Positions 1-13,963 of a stretch of DNA of 64,000 bases are shown piece after piece. Origin of the DNA: Chlorokybus atmophyticus. Taxonomy: Eukaryota > Plantae > Mesostigma and Chlorokybus algae. The notes below the pieces were generated by a model. That model did no database searches. It was not told the origin of the DNA and saw only the letters and a list, made by a program, of their open reading frames with translations. Each line of letters starts with the position of its first letter. Position 1 is the stretch's first letter. Both the position numbers and the translations under genes were made by a program. The stretch is from the NCBI GenBank assembly GCA_009103225.1, contig RHPI01002503.1:256931-320930 (forward strand), given 5' to 3'.

Positions 1-1162
1 GGGGGGGCAACATGCTTCCTGTGATGGGTGCGCATTGGACGCAGAAAGCTCACCTCGCTGAGTGAGGCGACATTCTTCTCAAAGGTTGCTGGGGCCTGCT
101 GTGTGGCAAGGCAACTGACTGTGAGATGCAGCGGTTTTGATTGAACGCGTGTATGAACTTGATCAGTATGGGGGTGCGAGTCAATGGCAAGCCACTGATG
201 GCAGCTGCCTTTCAAACCAGACAACAGCCTACTCTTTGGTCAAAAAACATACGATGCATAACTAACACCATCGCTGATTCGTCCAGAAACAATGGCGAGG
301 CTTTCGTTTAAAGCTTTGAGAACTCGTAGTCATTTTGCAATCGCGAGATAGATGATGGCAAGTCTGTGGTGCCCAACCTGGCCTCCCACTGATCGTCTCC
401 CTATGAACCCCGTCTGCACCGCAGCGGGACTCCCCATCCAACCTCCAGCCGCCATCCCGCCAATCAGCTCAGCACTTTGCACTACACCTACATGGCCACC
501 GCCGCCACACACCTCGCCCACAACAATAGCAACGCCACTGCCGATGACACCGATCCACTTTCAAGATGCTGTGACTCGTGATCCGGTTTGATCGACCGGA
601 AACAGGCCTTGTCGTCGACGTTGGCATCATTGTCGGTGTCGGTGTCGGTGTCGGCGTAGGCGGGCATGGCGGCCACCGTGGCGGCGAGCGCTTGCTTGCT
701 GCAGCAGCGGCCTGCTGTGATAGGGTTGAGGAGGTGCGAGAGGAGGAAGGAGGATAGGGCGTGCGGAAGGGGTGGAGTGCGGGTGCATGCGGCGGTGCGC
801 TGTTCGGCGCCAGGTGAGTGGAGCGGTCGAGGGGAAGCACTGTGTGTTTGATGTAGTGCATGCATGCAACCAAGAATTGTTTGGTTGGCATGGCCATAAC
901 ATTGGTGTTCCATTGTTCTGAGATATTGTGCACTTCTGGTGGTTTGAGAGTTGTGGAGTATGCGTCACCGCTCTACACGAAATTTGTGCTGCATGCAGTC
1001 AGTTGTTGAGTTGCATGCTGACCATCGCTGCATATTCCTCGTTCTGGTAAAGGCTGATCCCTCACCACAGTACCTCATCTTCCTTTAGCGCAGACCAGTC
1101 CGTCCATTGATGTCCAAGCTATTCTTACTGAACACGACACAGACAGAAACACTCATACGCAG

Positions 1163-2027
1163 GTGCAAGCAGCAGCTCCGACCACCATCAGCATGATTGT
1201 ACCCCAACTTCTTCAATCGCACGCAACGCAGCAACTGCCGGCATCAGTCTCGCAGCAGCTCTGCTCCTAACCTGCTGCTCCCCAACAGCCGGTACGCGCG
1301 ATACTGTCACTGTTATTACCTGCAACCTTGCACCAAGACTCTTTCGCAGAGTGTCTTCTATTGCTGAAGAAGTGTTTGGCATGCAGCATGGGCTGAGGGC
1401 GCTTCATCCACGCCTGCAGCATCGTTTACCAGAAGCTGCGCGGGCTGTCATGCGGCTGGCGGCAACATTGTGCAGGCGGTAAGGGTAGTTGACTGTCTAC
1501 AACTCAGATGTCTATCATGCCACACTTAGCGATTGACAATGCGCGTGGACTCTTGCTCTCACTGATGTTCATTGACTGGCAGGGCAAATCTTTGCGGATT
1601 GGCGACATGCAGAGGTGAGTGCGGTGATTGACTGAAACAGACATGGCTCGCGGCTGCTGAGCGCAAGGCCCTGTCTTAACTGTGATATAATCATGGGTGT
1701 AGGAACGGGATGACCACCGTTGACGATGTTTACAAGATCATCTATGCGGGAAAGGGCAAGATGCCGGTAAGCATGGTTCTGATGCAACAGCTTGACACGT
1801 ACTTATCGGGTGCACACGACAACTTCCCACCTTTTTTCTTTTTAGTATTGATGAAGCCATGCAACCTTGCCACACAACCAGACTGATGTTTGCTGTTTGC
1901 GTAGGGTTACGGCACAGAATGCAAACCTCGAGGACAGTGCACTTTTGGACCCAGGTTATCAGACGAAGATATAACTGCTTTGGCGAACTATGTCATTGAG
2001 AACGCCAACAGCGGTTGGACTCAATAA
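1163..2027 (+). CDS. PETJ: Cytochrome c6A (thylakoid lumen), spliced; first exon not located
   Basis: Manual splicing of GT-AG exons 1163-1291, 1387-1478, 1583-1614, 1703-1766 and 1905-2027 keeps frame. Product: ...ATAGISLAAALLLTCCSPTAAWA/EGASSTPAASFTRSCAGCHAAGGNIVQAGKSLRIGDMQRNGMTTVDDVYKIIYAGKGKMPGYGTECKPRGQCTFGPRLSDEDITALANYVIENANSGWTQ*. It has a CxxCH haem motif, the axial Met (GKMP), the c6A two-Cys loop (CKPRGQC) and a lumen signal with an AxA site. Confidence 0.93.
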
Positions 2028-5000
2028 CACGTGGATGACACCAGACTCCCTGCTAGGTAGCTTAGGTAGCCGTTGTAGTATTCTTTGAAAGCATGTTCTA
2101 GGGAGGTGCAATGCAACAAAGGCATTGTGATGTGTTCATGCAGCACATCTGCCCTGTAAGCTGACTGGTCTGCAAGGTTTACCGCCATGACAAACATGGG
2201 AACTTCAAACCCAGCACGTAGGATCCTTGTCGGCGAATATGGCAGATGAGTTCTGATGCGAAAACTGCTACCACCTTGTCGACACAGCATTCAGCAGGGT
2301 TGTGTGCAAAGCAGCAACTGTACACCTGTGTTTGACATGCGAAAAGCGCTGACAAACAACGTAGATCTGCAGCCAAGCCTCCAGGGGTGTGAAGCAACCA
2401 TGATGGTGCTTGCCAGCAGAGGGAGCGCCAGTGCCACTGAGACCCTCGAGGAGTGAGGCGGTTGGCGGCACTGGCGACAGTGACTGGACGTGGACGTGGG
2501 CATAGTGTGGCAATGTGAGGCTGTGAGTGCGTGACTGACGGCGTCGGTGTGCAAGCACGTGAGTGAATGGGTGTGTGTGCGTGTGCGTGTGCGCGTTTGA
2601 GGGCGAGGGTGAGTGGCATGGTTGGTGGCCACACGAGCGTGGGGTGCAAGTCACCTGACGGGCTGAGTCTGCTAGCATGGTGTGACGCTAAACCCCGGGT
2701 GACCAGTGTGCAAGCTGTGGGCACGATGTGCCAGACTTATTGTCAGGAACCACCCCAGTTGTACATCTACATATGGCCTTGGCGTCAGGCAACATGCAGC
2801 AAGCATCTTGTACACTGGCAGGCATGCACGAGTTTTAGTGACATATGCACATAAATGGCATTGCCACTACAGTTCCTTCATGATGGTTTCTGGCACGTTG
2901 TTCACGAGACTGGAAAACAAGATACCACCTGAAAAATGAGTGTTTGACTGGCAGCCAGACGAGTGTGGGCGAGGTTGGGTTGAAGGTGCACGCTGCCACT
3001 GAGTTTCTGTAGTGCGGTTTGCATTGAAGGCACCAGCAGTTGGTCATTGCTACAATCACAGAATTGCTAAACAAGCGTAGCACAATCTCGCAGCAGTGCG
3101 CACATGGCCTTGCTATTCACCCACAGTCCCAGCGGCATTGTCCAGCTGGATGACAAACCTATGTTTGACTCTATTGTCGGGTCTTTTTGGATGTCCGTGC
3201 AAGCAGGCCGCTGAGGTATGTGGACCAGGACCTGGTGTGGGTGTGGCTGCCGGCTTGGGCGTCTGGTAAATGGACGTTTCCTTCTGTGCTGTTTGCAGGG
3301 TCTGGTAAGCCGTCACTTTGAAGCTGCTTGTCATTGGAAAAGCTCTCTGTACGGTGCCGCTTCCCTGAAATTTCCGGGCTGCGTGGAAAAGAGATGGCAT
3401 GCGAAGTGATGTCAGCCTCGTTCTGCTGTGGCAACTCTTGTTCCTGTTGCCATACACACATGCCGTGCAGTTAGCCTGCATCTGCACTGCATGCATCTTT
3501 GCAGTTCAGCAACCGTTGAGCTTCACCAGTAGCACCAAATTATGCCTTGCACTTGAACACTCTTTGGTTTTACAAACGGATAACAGAACTTGAGGTGAGC
3601 ACGTACGAGCCAACAATCAACCGCATATGTTAGCTGCATCGGTGCACCTGTTGCATTGTGTGAGTTGGGGACGGTGGTTCTAGAGCAAGCTGGTTGACAG
3701 GAGCGTTCTGTTGCCTGCAGATGCCAGCGTGTATATTAATACTTGACCGCAATGGCAGTTGCCACCACAGTCAGCAGAGATGCACAGAACATACTGATAT
3801 TGCCATCGATAGCACGGTTGAGGTGGGCCATGCGCTGTAAAAGGTGCCTTGATGGCGTAGCACACAAAGGAGGGAGCGTTGCCCATGAGAACCATCTGGC
3901 CTGGGCCCCACTGCACAACTTTCGTTTCTCCTTCATCCTTCACAGAGCGCTACACTGTTACACACAATCACAAGCAGCAAGTGCGTACTAGCATTGCAGC
4001 ATGTGCTTGACCAACTTCAGACGTCACTCAACACATACTGCAATCAAGAATGAACATGTCGCGTGCACGCTGCACACACACAGGGGCCAAGTATGTGTAG
4101 CAAGCTGCGAACCCGATAAGTACCTCCAGCGAAAACGTAAGGCTGCTAACTCGAACAGGCCTTGAGCTCAGATTGCTGATGCTGTAGGTCACAAGCCAGT
4201 GTGGCTCCGGATGCAAGCAGAGTCTGTTTCGGACTGCCAACTCCACTTCCACCTTCTGGTCAGCACTCTCGTTTGACTTGCCAGGCGACTGCAGTGCTGT
4301 GAAGACCGTGGTGGTGAAGGTATCAATTCGGGTCTCCCTTGGCAGTGATAAGGGCGCATGCGTTGGTGTGTTGCAATGGCCAGCTTGAGGTGAAGGTATC
4401 AATTCGGCAGCGCCGTCACCAAATGACTGCGAGCAGGAGTCTTGAGCGCCCTCTAGCGGTGTTAGTGCAAGGGTATTTGTGGCACTAGGTATTGGCTCAG
4501 GGCCAAACACCGTCTGCATGCGCAGCAAGGAAGAGCGTCCTGCTGATGGGCTTTCAACCATGTCCGCAGATTTTGTTGCAAACAATTCCCTGTGACAAGC
4601 AGGTACATGTAGGCAGGCCGGTTCGCTCGACAGAAACCCAAATGTGTCTTGTGGCGTATGAGCTTTGCGTGTACTGTCCACACCTGCTAAGAACGTCAGA
4701 AGCACGCATGACATCGTGGCAGCCATGCACGCATATGTGCGTTTGACAATGCGTGTCTCTTGCAAAGCACCCCAGCCAAGAGTTCCTGACCAGATCTTGG
4801 TCAAGAACTCTTAGCTGGACATTGTGCAGCATATTCAGCACCTGCAACTATTGCACGGTGCATTGGACCACTATTTGCAGAAGCCTCCCATTCAGCGCTC
4901 TCCCTGTGCTGGCCCAGCAATTGCTGTGTTGCAGTGACCATTGGTCCAAGTGCCGCATCGGTGCCTGGCAGTGAAGGATTGCATGCAGCAGGCCGTCCTA

Positions 5001-8000
5001 CAACGTCCACTTGTGCAGGCGCTGATGTACTCAAACGAGCTTCAACAGGAACCGTCCTACCATCAACTCCGGTGTGTTCTGCTGCCATTGAACACAGCTT
5101 TTTACTTGCCTCGTCGGAAGTCGTCATGGTAGTGTGTTCTCTGCTTGCCATGTGCGATGGCGCATAATGTCGGCGCTGCAGGCTGAGGCAGCGTCGGACT
5201 GAGGTTGTAGTTGTGTGCTGTGAGGAGACAGGGCTGAGCAGCTGGATTTGCTCAGAAGACGGCGACTCTGCCGTATACATCTCTGCGAGTGCCAGGCGGC
5301 TTCCTGACATCTGCTGTGCCGAGACTTCTGGCACAGCGCATGAGGGCGCATCGTCATTACAGCGCTGTAGATTTGGGGTTGGCACCGGGACAACCAAGTT
5401 GTGAGGGCCAGGCTGAACTGCGATTGACGCAGAGGGTGCAGCTCTTGGGTCTGCTGTGCCACAACCGCCAACCAGGTCGGCGCATGCAGCGGTGGTGATC
5501 TCCCTTGGTGGTGAAAAGGGCGCATGCGTTAGTGTGTTGCAATGGCCAGCTTCAGATGAAGGTCTTGACTCGGTAGCGCCGCCACCGAGTGACTGCGAGC
5601 TGGAGTCTTGAGCGACCTCTAGCTGTGTTGGCGCAATAGGTGCAAGGGTGGCAGTGGGTGCTGGCTGAGAGCCAAACACCGTCTGCATGCGCAGCAAGGA
5701 AGAGCGTCCTGCTGACGGGCTTTCGGACAAATTCTCAGATTCTGCTGCAAACAGTTCCCTGTGACAAGCAGGTACATGTAGGCAGGCCGGTTCACTCGAT
5801 GGAAATCCAAATGTGTCTTGTAGCGTATGAGCTTGGCGTGTACTGTTCACACCTGCTAAGAACATTAGAGGCACACCTGACATCGTGGCAGTCATGCACG
5901 CTAGCTGCATATGTGCGTTTTGCAATGCGTGTCTCTTGCAAAGCACTCCAAGAGTTCCTAACCAGATCTTGGTCAAGAACTCTTGACTGGACATTGTGCA
6001 GCATATGCACTTGCAACTAGAGACTGGTGCATTGGACTGCTTGTGTACTTTGCTAAATCCAGAACGAAAGCGGTGGAAACAGAAACCACTAGTGGTGCTT
6101 CTCACCTGTAATTGCAAGCATGGCTTGTGTGCATTGGACGATGGCGTGCATGACTGGGGACTCCCCGGAATACATACTTGAAAGACTGGCGCTGGGTGAA
6201 GCAACTGCATCCAGGCATGAACACCAAAAAAGCAAACACCAGTCAACCACGTACCCGGTACACGCACTATTGAGTGTCTGATGTTGCATAATGTACCTTT
6301 GTCACTCTGGCATGGTGTCCCAGACGGCTCGAGAGCTTGCAGCTTGCTATCACTTGCCGTCTCAGCATTGGTGGACAAACTATGCAGTGAAGCAGATTTC
6401 TATGAGTTATCGTACATGGAGCTGCATGACTGATTGATGCAGTCGCATCAGGATGCAAGGCCTTAACCAAACCATGAACCTCTGCGCCGGGGGGGGGCTG
6501 AGGTTCTCAGGGTGAAATTTGTTGCTTGCAACAATGCGGCTCTGCTGAGTCAGCAGTAGCTTCATCTCCACCGGCGGTAGTGCTTCGGAAGCACTGCTGC
6601 CTGGCAACAGGGGACGCACGCTGCTGTCCATCTCCAGCTCGCACGCGGCCGCATGGGTTTGCAGGACTTCATCTGCAATGCGCTGAAGCGCTTGTAAGGT
6701 GTTTATGCCTTGTGCCACGCCAGGAGAGTGCCTGCAGATTAACGTGTTGCATACACTTTATGGGTGCTTTTTGAGCTTGCAAGTGAATGTTGATTGGTAA
6801 AGTGCTTGGTATGTCAAGACTATCAGGTCTTAAACATCGTATGATGCAACAGTTCGTTATACTGCAACACTGCTGGTGCTACGTAGGTACCAGAGTTTGA
6901 CGAGGCTATTGGTCAATGCAGCATCTACGCGGTGCTCCATGCGTTCAGCAGTTGCTGCATCTGTCAAATGGTCAGTCAGTTAGCGTGGTGGGATGCTGTA
7001 CACTGGACAAGGTCAGTCATGCCTAACAACGGCATACACCTTGCTGGCTGAAGTGCAGGCGCAGCTTAGTTGCTAGGTCGCGGCGCAGATTGTATAGCAA
7101 AGGCAGCACGACAGTGCACAGCTCTTGAATAGACATGCATGTCTGTAGCAGCGCAACGTAGCCACCTGTTGATGTGCTTTGAGTACGTTTGCTGTACACG
7201 TTTTCCAGTCAGCGCATCATGCTACCCCAAGAGTTTGTCGACAAGCCACTTACAACCTGTGGGATCAGCCATCTGTGACATTTCATGCAGCTGCTTTGTC
7301 GTCGCCTCCACATGTGTCATGATCCTAGGAAACGAAGTAGTAATGAGTAGCATTAGGTAGCGATTCACGATTGACTGCATCACTGGAGAGCAAGGGTATG
7401 GAAGCGCATCTGCTTCATAAACATGGCCGGTTGCACACCAACAACATAGACATAACAGACCCTACCCTTTGGATGCTGTTGGGAAAGGGTCTCTGTGTGG
7501 CGCTGTCCACACCAAGTCCTGCATGCTGATCAAAGCAAGCGGAAGTGTCAAGTGCAGTGTCACGTTGGTGGTGGTGTTCAGCAAATATGGTCTGTAGCGT
7601 CCTTACAGCTGAAACTCCTGCGACATGGCTGTGGCCAACTTTGAGGATGCATCCTGCCAGCAACAAGCTTGTCTGTTGTGGTGCTTTAGCATGGACACAC
7701 CTATGCAGTGCAGTGCACAGCGCATTGGCAGCTGCTAACTAGCTGTACATGTCAGTTTGCATGCACTAGCGTGTGCAACAGCTTGCCAAAGAGAACAAGC
7801 AGTTGGTCCTGGCTAGACCCAACACCGAAAGCCAAGCAAAAGAGTAAACACTGGCTAACTGGCATGCGTGTTCGCCAGCACAATTCGCCATATTTGAATG
7901 TTCATGGCATAACTGTTAGAAATTGTCAAGGGTCGCAGCTGACAAAAACTGACCCGAGAGCCAAAATTTACCTGCACTTGCTCGGCGGCCTCCTTCCGGA

Positions 8001-8300
8001 TGTCCTGCAACTGGCTAGCAGCGACGGCGGTGTGCTGCTGCACTTCCACGGCCATCACAAGCGGCTTGATTGGCTGCTCAGCAACGGAGCACCATGCAGG
8101 TCACAGCAATACTGGTGGTCCACAGGAGAAGGCAAGCCTCTGTGGTACTCAACCACAACTTCAAGTCGTCTGCAATGAAACACTGATAGCCGACTGCAAA
8201 GCAACTCCTCGACGGACCAGGCCAGCTGGCAGCTCAAGTTGTTGCTGCACCAGCCGCAAGTTCCCGCTTTGAGCAACAGGCGAAGCGGAGCAGTTCACAC
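2021..8300 (-). CDS. Probable multi-exon gene of unknown function; boundaries uncertain
   Basis: Several minus-strand open stretches with protein-like composition and splice-like borders (2021-2290, 3113-3496, 4028-4804, 4801-6378, 7970-8100). No recognisable domain. Confidence 0.3.
4330..6038. repeat. Diverged ~540-bp direct duplication (about 4330-4870 and 5500-6038)
   Basis: Colinear matches, e.g. aagggcgcatgcgtt(g/a)gtgtgttgcaatggccagctt at 4350 and 5516, and ccctgtgacaagcaggtacatgtaggcaggccggttc near 4588 and 5757. Both copies translate as ...SSEPACLHVPACHRELFA...SPSAGRSSLLRMQTVFG on the minus strand. Confidence 0.9.
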
Positions 8301-9477
8301 CCGTGCAAGCTGCAAGCTTACACAGAGAAACACCGCTGCAGAGAAGCTAAGTCGCAGCACACGGCTTCTCGGCTCGGACGGTAAGGCAGGAGTGTCGAGC
8401 TGACGCTGAAGCAATACCGATGGTGAAGGAATGGTCTTGTTGCCGCCGCTCACCTGCCAGCAGCTGTCACGTCCAGAACGCTGCCCACTGCGCGCACAGC
8501 TTGCCGTATGTATGACATGTGTAAGTGGGACCCAAGCTTGCGAGCGCCACTCACTGCACTGCTAAACGGGCTCCTCCTTGCATGGCGCCATGATGGGTCC
8601 TATGTGAAGTCAGCAGTTGGACACGGAAATTGTTGGTTGTGAAAGAATGGTGGTTGTGACTCGCGTCAGCGTTGCAGCTTGGCAAGGCCCTTCGGCCTAC
8701 CAAGGTGAACAAGCCACAGCCTTCTCATCTTGTCAACTTGGCTAAGAAGAATTTGTGTTGAAAACTTTACGTGCGTTCATTCATTGCACATTGTGTATCT
8801 TAACCAAGCTATATACCCACGTGTCACCTATACACAACATGCATAGTTCCTGCAAAGATTTTATTTTTCGCCACGAGGTCGAACTGTTGCAATTTCCATC
8901 AAGCAATATATGATTGAGACTTATCAATACGCGTTATTGCATGCGCAATAAATGCACATGCAATAATATCATGAAATATCATGTATGATATACGCATGTA
9001 TAACAGCATTAACACCGGTATCTTTGATGTAACAAGGCCAACAATAAATGATATGTATTTCACAAGTGTATATGTGATACAAATAATATTACAATTGTCC
9101 TGATTGTCTACCGCCACGTTTAATGGAAATTGACACGTGCAATAGGACACGTAAGACATTATGCATGATATACACGTATGCGTGTAATGATGTTATACAT
9201 CAGCATCAACCGTAAAACGTACAAAAACATACATTAATAAGTACATATATTAAATGGATAGCATTGCATCATCATCGCTATTGAACCCGACATTTGCTAT
9301 GAATCATACCTTACACAAACTTAAGCTACACGAGTATTCATAATGATAAAACATCAGGTCTCACATCTTAGTACTAAAAGAAGCCGATGAGTTAAAACAA
9401 GGGTAAACAGTACATGTTAATTCATATACCGTATTATTTATCCCAATACATCCCCCGGGTTTCACATAGTCCCCCCC

Positions 9478-10078
9478 NNNNNNNNNNNNNNNNNNNNNNN
9501 NNNNNNNNNNNNNNNNNNNNNNNNNNNNNNNNNNNNNNNNNNNNNNNNNNNNNNNNNNNNNNNNNNNNNNNNNNNNNNNNNNNNNNNNNNNNNNNNNNNN
9601 NNNNNNNNNNNNNNNNNNNNNNNNNNNNNNNNNNNNNNNNNNNNNNNNNNNNNNNNNNNNNNNNNNNNNNNNNNNNNNNNNNNNNNNNNNNNNNNNNNNN
9701 NNNNNNNNNNNNNNNNNNNNNNNNNNNNNNNNNNNNNNNNNNNNNNNNNNNNNNNNNNNNNNNNNNNNNNNNNNNNNNNNNNNNNNNNNNNNNNNNNNNN
9801 NNNNNNNNNNNNNNNNNNNNNNNNNNNNNNNNNNNNNNNNNNNNNNNNNNNNNNNNNNNNNNNNNNNNNNNNNNNNNNNNNNNNNNNNNNNNNNNNNNNN
9901 NNNNNNNNNNNNNNNNNNNNNNNNNNNNNNNNNNNNNNNNNNNNNNNNNNNNNNNNNNNNNNNNNNNNNNNNNNNNNNNNNNNNNNNNNNNNNNNNNNNN
10001 NNNNNNNNNNNNNNNNNNNNNNNNNNNNNNNNNNNNNNNNNNNNNNNNNNNNNNNNNNNNNNNNNNNNNNNNNNNNNG
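9478..10078. other. Assembly gap (N run) flanked by C and G runs
   Basis: Ns in the sequence. Confidence 1.
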
Positions 10079-11099
10079 GGGGGACGCTATAGGGTTGAGG
10101 GGACTGTGACGAGGGCAGCACAGTCATCGTCCAGCAACGTCATCTGCCTCCGATGACGTATTCAAGCTGACCACTGACTCAACGGCATTGAGTCATTGGC
10201 ATTGACGCGCTTGGGTCGCGCTGGTAATAGCAACCTGTAGATGACTGCCGAGCAGTGGCGCTGTTTCGGCTGTTGACCATGTTTAATGACGCAGTAACTA
10301 TAGCGTGTATTCAATTAGCATTAAATGGTAGAGTGGATAGTTTGAACAAGGGTGAGTAGTGGCGGTATGTCTTTGGGGTATAGGGCATGCCAAAAACGCG
10401 GCCGTTTTAACCACTAACTGTGCTGCAATTGCACCGAATCCCTAGCGATTTTGGGTCGCCGTTGGTAAGCAGTTGCCGCTGAGATAGTTTTCAGCATCTT
10501 TTACGCATCCCTGCAATGATTGGCCATTTCGCTGCCTTTTTCAGCAACGGCTGTTGTCACCGTTGCGATACCATTAGATCAATCTCAAGCGTGACCAAAT
10601 GGTGGCTTAACAATGCGATATTTCGTTTGATTGAATCTTAACGTAAAGGTGATTTAGCTTAGCATCATCTTGATGGTTGTAACCTCGGCATTACTTATTG
10701 AATATCGTAGCACGTATCGTGGCGTGAACGTTACGTTGATTACTAAGTTCCTTAAACCTTAAAACACTTCACTGCAGGTTGCTAACCATATTGCACCATA
10801 TTGCACCATATGTATTCATATCGCAACATATTGCAACACACCAAAGATATTGTGCATGTAGATTTGCATCAGTGCACGCCCTAATTGCTGGACTGTGCCG
10901 AGATGGTTCTTTTGGATGGCGACAAATGCCAGGGCGGTTGATATGTTCCAGTTGGTATCAGGGTTAGGGTTAGCAACAACTTTCGTCATCCGCTATGACT
11001 TACGAGCAACACTGCGATTTGTCTCAGCATTGCGAATTGTGGGACGCCTGCGATGATATGCTTTCCTGTTGGTAAGATGCACAACGAAAGTTTGTCACA

Positions 11100-13280
11100 C
11101 GAATGCAATGCTGTTTCTTTGTGCGGGCATGTACAGTTTTACTCTCCTGCTGCTACTTATCGTCCAATGTATCGACAATCATTACCCACTGTTGCACCAT
11201 ATGATTTGGCTAATGTCTTTATGTCCCATTAGACCAAGTGTGATAGTGAATACTACCAATGCCATCGATGTAGTTACGGGTCGGAGCGTTCCAGTTACAT
11301 TGTGTTACACAGCGCAGTGTACATTTGCAAGTTGTTGGAGGCACATCTCATGGTAGTGCAGATGTTGTCCCTTGTCAACACGTCCATGGCGCTTTGCGAC
11401 TTATGTAATTCATACAGTTTCACTTCTGGCCAAGTTCAGCAGTTGAATATGATTAACGGTCCGTTTGAAACTTGGGATGAGTTTACACATCAGAACCAAC
11501 GTGCCATCTTGTTGCTGAAGTTGTTGAGCGAGCTATTATTGTCAACACTCTTGTTTAGTAATATTAGACCTTGGCAGAACAACCATTTGGTTTTAACGGC
11601 ATTCCCACTGTCGGTTCATCTACTATTCGTAGCATTGTGTCTCGTGCACAGAATCGCAATCCTTTAAACGTTGGTGGTGAATCAGCATACACATACGTTT
11701 TAACCACTTTGTTGCCATTTCCTTCGCGCAGCACAGTTGAAGTCACAGTGGACACCATGTTGCGCGTTGGATATATGTCGCTGCGTGAGCCTTGTGTTCA
11801 TCTTCTAATACACATGGATACAGGTGGTGCGTACAACATTCCTGGTTTAAATGTTGAGTCTGCTCTGTTCTCCATGTTGTTTCCGCACAATCATGGGTTC
11901 TTTGATGGTAACGTGTATAGCAGACTGTCAGATTATATCAAGTTCCGTCTTACACAATCGTTCTCAATTTCACATTGTACAAGCCTTAATTGCTGTTGAT
12001 GTACCAAATCCTTCAATCACTTCTCACAGTCAGAAAGTGCCGCGAAGTTGCTGTGAACGCTGATATTGAAAAGTTCCTCAACAACGACCTACTGCCACAA
12101 TTAACGATACCATAAAAAACGCTGTAAAATTTTGTGTCCGTAATGACATCATTGGGTCTCCGAGTTGGCATCGACAAAAGTTGAGTGAGCTGCTGTGTCT
12201 AATTGAGCATTGGGGTATGCCTCATCTCTTTGTCACCATGATTGCAGATGAAGTGTCCGGTACCAAATTCCCTGAGATCATAAATGTGCAGAATGTTCTC
12301 CACAATGTCTCCACGCAACTTAGCTGGCGTGTTGCCCCTGTGGAGTGCGCACGTTTGTTTCATCATCGATTTAGCACCTTCTTTGAAGAATATATCATGC
12401 AAAAGGATATTCTTGGACGTGTGATGACTAAGTTATTAGGTATGAACACAACACCGTGGATCTTTGCATGCACATGCTATGTTGTGGGTACACCCCAATG
12501 ATGTTGAACGGGTTTGCAGTGAAATCACTGCGTTTATCCCCGGGGATTTTGACCATGCAAATTAGCAAATAATTGTACCAACCAATTCCAAACTGCGAGT
12601 CCTTTATGAATATGTTGTATGCAAGCAGATGCACAAATGTTCTGATGTTGGTAGTGGCCGCAGAGCATTTCACAACAAGTGCGACATGGGCTTTTCGTAT
12701 CCCGGACAACCACATCGTCGACCTCAGTTCAACACAAAAACGCGCAGGTACAATTATTACAGACCACGCACTTGTGATCGCAATGTTGTTCCCACACATC
12801 CAGTGTAGGGAGCTTATTGTAATGTGTTGCAAGTCACTGACAGTCATTGGAGCAAGTATTTAGTTAAGTACACAACTAAAATAGAACCTTGTGGCACTGT
12901 TGATGATACATTAGACACCAATGCACTCGGTTCGCAAGGATTGACTGTTAACGAATTGCGCATATTGAACACAATCTACTTGTCCAAACCCATGCTCCAG
13001 CTGAAGCTGCCTTGATATATTTGGATATCCCATCATGCAAATGTCGTCCAATATTGATTAATGTAATATATGTTGACACGCGTTTGCCTAACAATCGTTC
13101 TCGTATAGTGAACAGTCGTGCACGGACAGTAATTGTGCATCCCATTCATCGTTATTGTGTCAGGCCTGACGAGGTAGAAAGAGTAACAATGTACAACTAT
13201 TTGCGACAGTATATGCACCAAGATGGAGGCACTGTTCCACATAACACTGTGCGTACTTTAAGAGACAGACTGAATGCATT
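11100..13280 (+). pseudogene. Helitron RepHel, HUH Rep portion (stops and frameshifts)
   Basis: LFSMLFPHNHGFF; GSPSWHRQKLSELLCLIEHWGMPHLFVT (motif 1); HRGSLHAHAMLW near 12452-12487 (HUH motif 2); KYLVKYTTKIEP near 12852-12887 (motif 3). Confidence 0.88.
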
Positions 13281-13950
13281 TGTGACGGTGCTCGTGCCTT
13301 GCTACCTGTGAGTTGGTCCAATCCACAACCCTCTCACCAAGGCACAGTATTCACACCGGAACCTTGTCCCCTCTGCCAAGCACACACACGCGCCCCGCCA
13401 CTCGTGTACGCATGCGCATGCGCTCGAAGCTACACACTGACTTGTGTAGCGCCTTGGATCGTCACACAAGCAAGCACACACCAGTGGCCACACGCTAGCA
13501 ACCCCTGCTAACCACCACCAAGCTTGCACACCAGAAACTAGGGAGCTAAAGGTTGTATTGCAAATTGTAGAATGTCACTATACCTACCAGTCTGCACATG
13601 CTACTGTCTAGACGATTCTAGCGCTAGACGAATCTAGAAGCTAAGATATATATTGCAGAATCTTGTAGTACACTTCTAGACCTTTCCAACGCACCAAAGA
13701 TCTCCTAATTTGCTGCTCATATGGTCAAGTTATACTACTTGGCGCCAGGCCCTTCCAGAAATCTGGTCGAGCCCTTCTCGACTGGCCCTCCGTTTTCTGG
13801 CACCTTCCGGACTGGTCTTGGGGCCCCGGTCGATATCCGCGGCAGACTCATAACTCGCCGATATCCGCCACAAGTCATAAAAAACATGTACCTTACAAAT
13901 AAGGCCTAAAACGGCCATGAAAATCACAAAATTTGGCCTTGACTGTTACA
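13281..13950 (-). repeat. Element A 3' LTR (670 bp)
   Basis: Near-identical to 24558-25057 plus 37001-37174; TG...CA ends. Confidence 0.95.
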
Positions 13951-13963
13951 CTCCTCCCCCCCC
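13951..13963 (-). promoter_or_regulatory. Element A polypurine tract
   Basis: Minus strand GGGGGGGGAGGAG abuts the LTR. Confidence 0.85.

Noticed and set aside
330-933. Overlapping ORFs upstream of cytochrome c6A
   Set aside because: Low-complexity sequence with no recognisable domain; the true frame cannot be chosen, although a divergent gene may start here.
9414-10127. ORFs of 221-231 aa; also the ORFs near 45.2 kb and 52.2 kb
   Set aside because: They run through N gaps and homopolymer runs.
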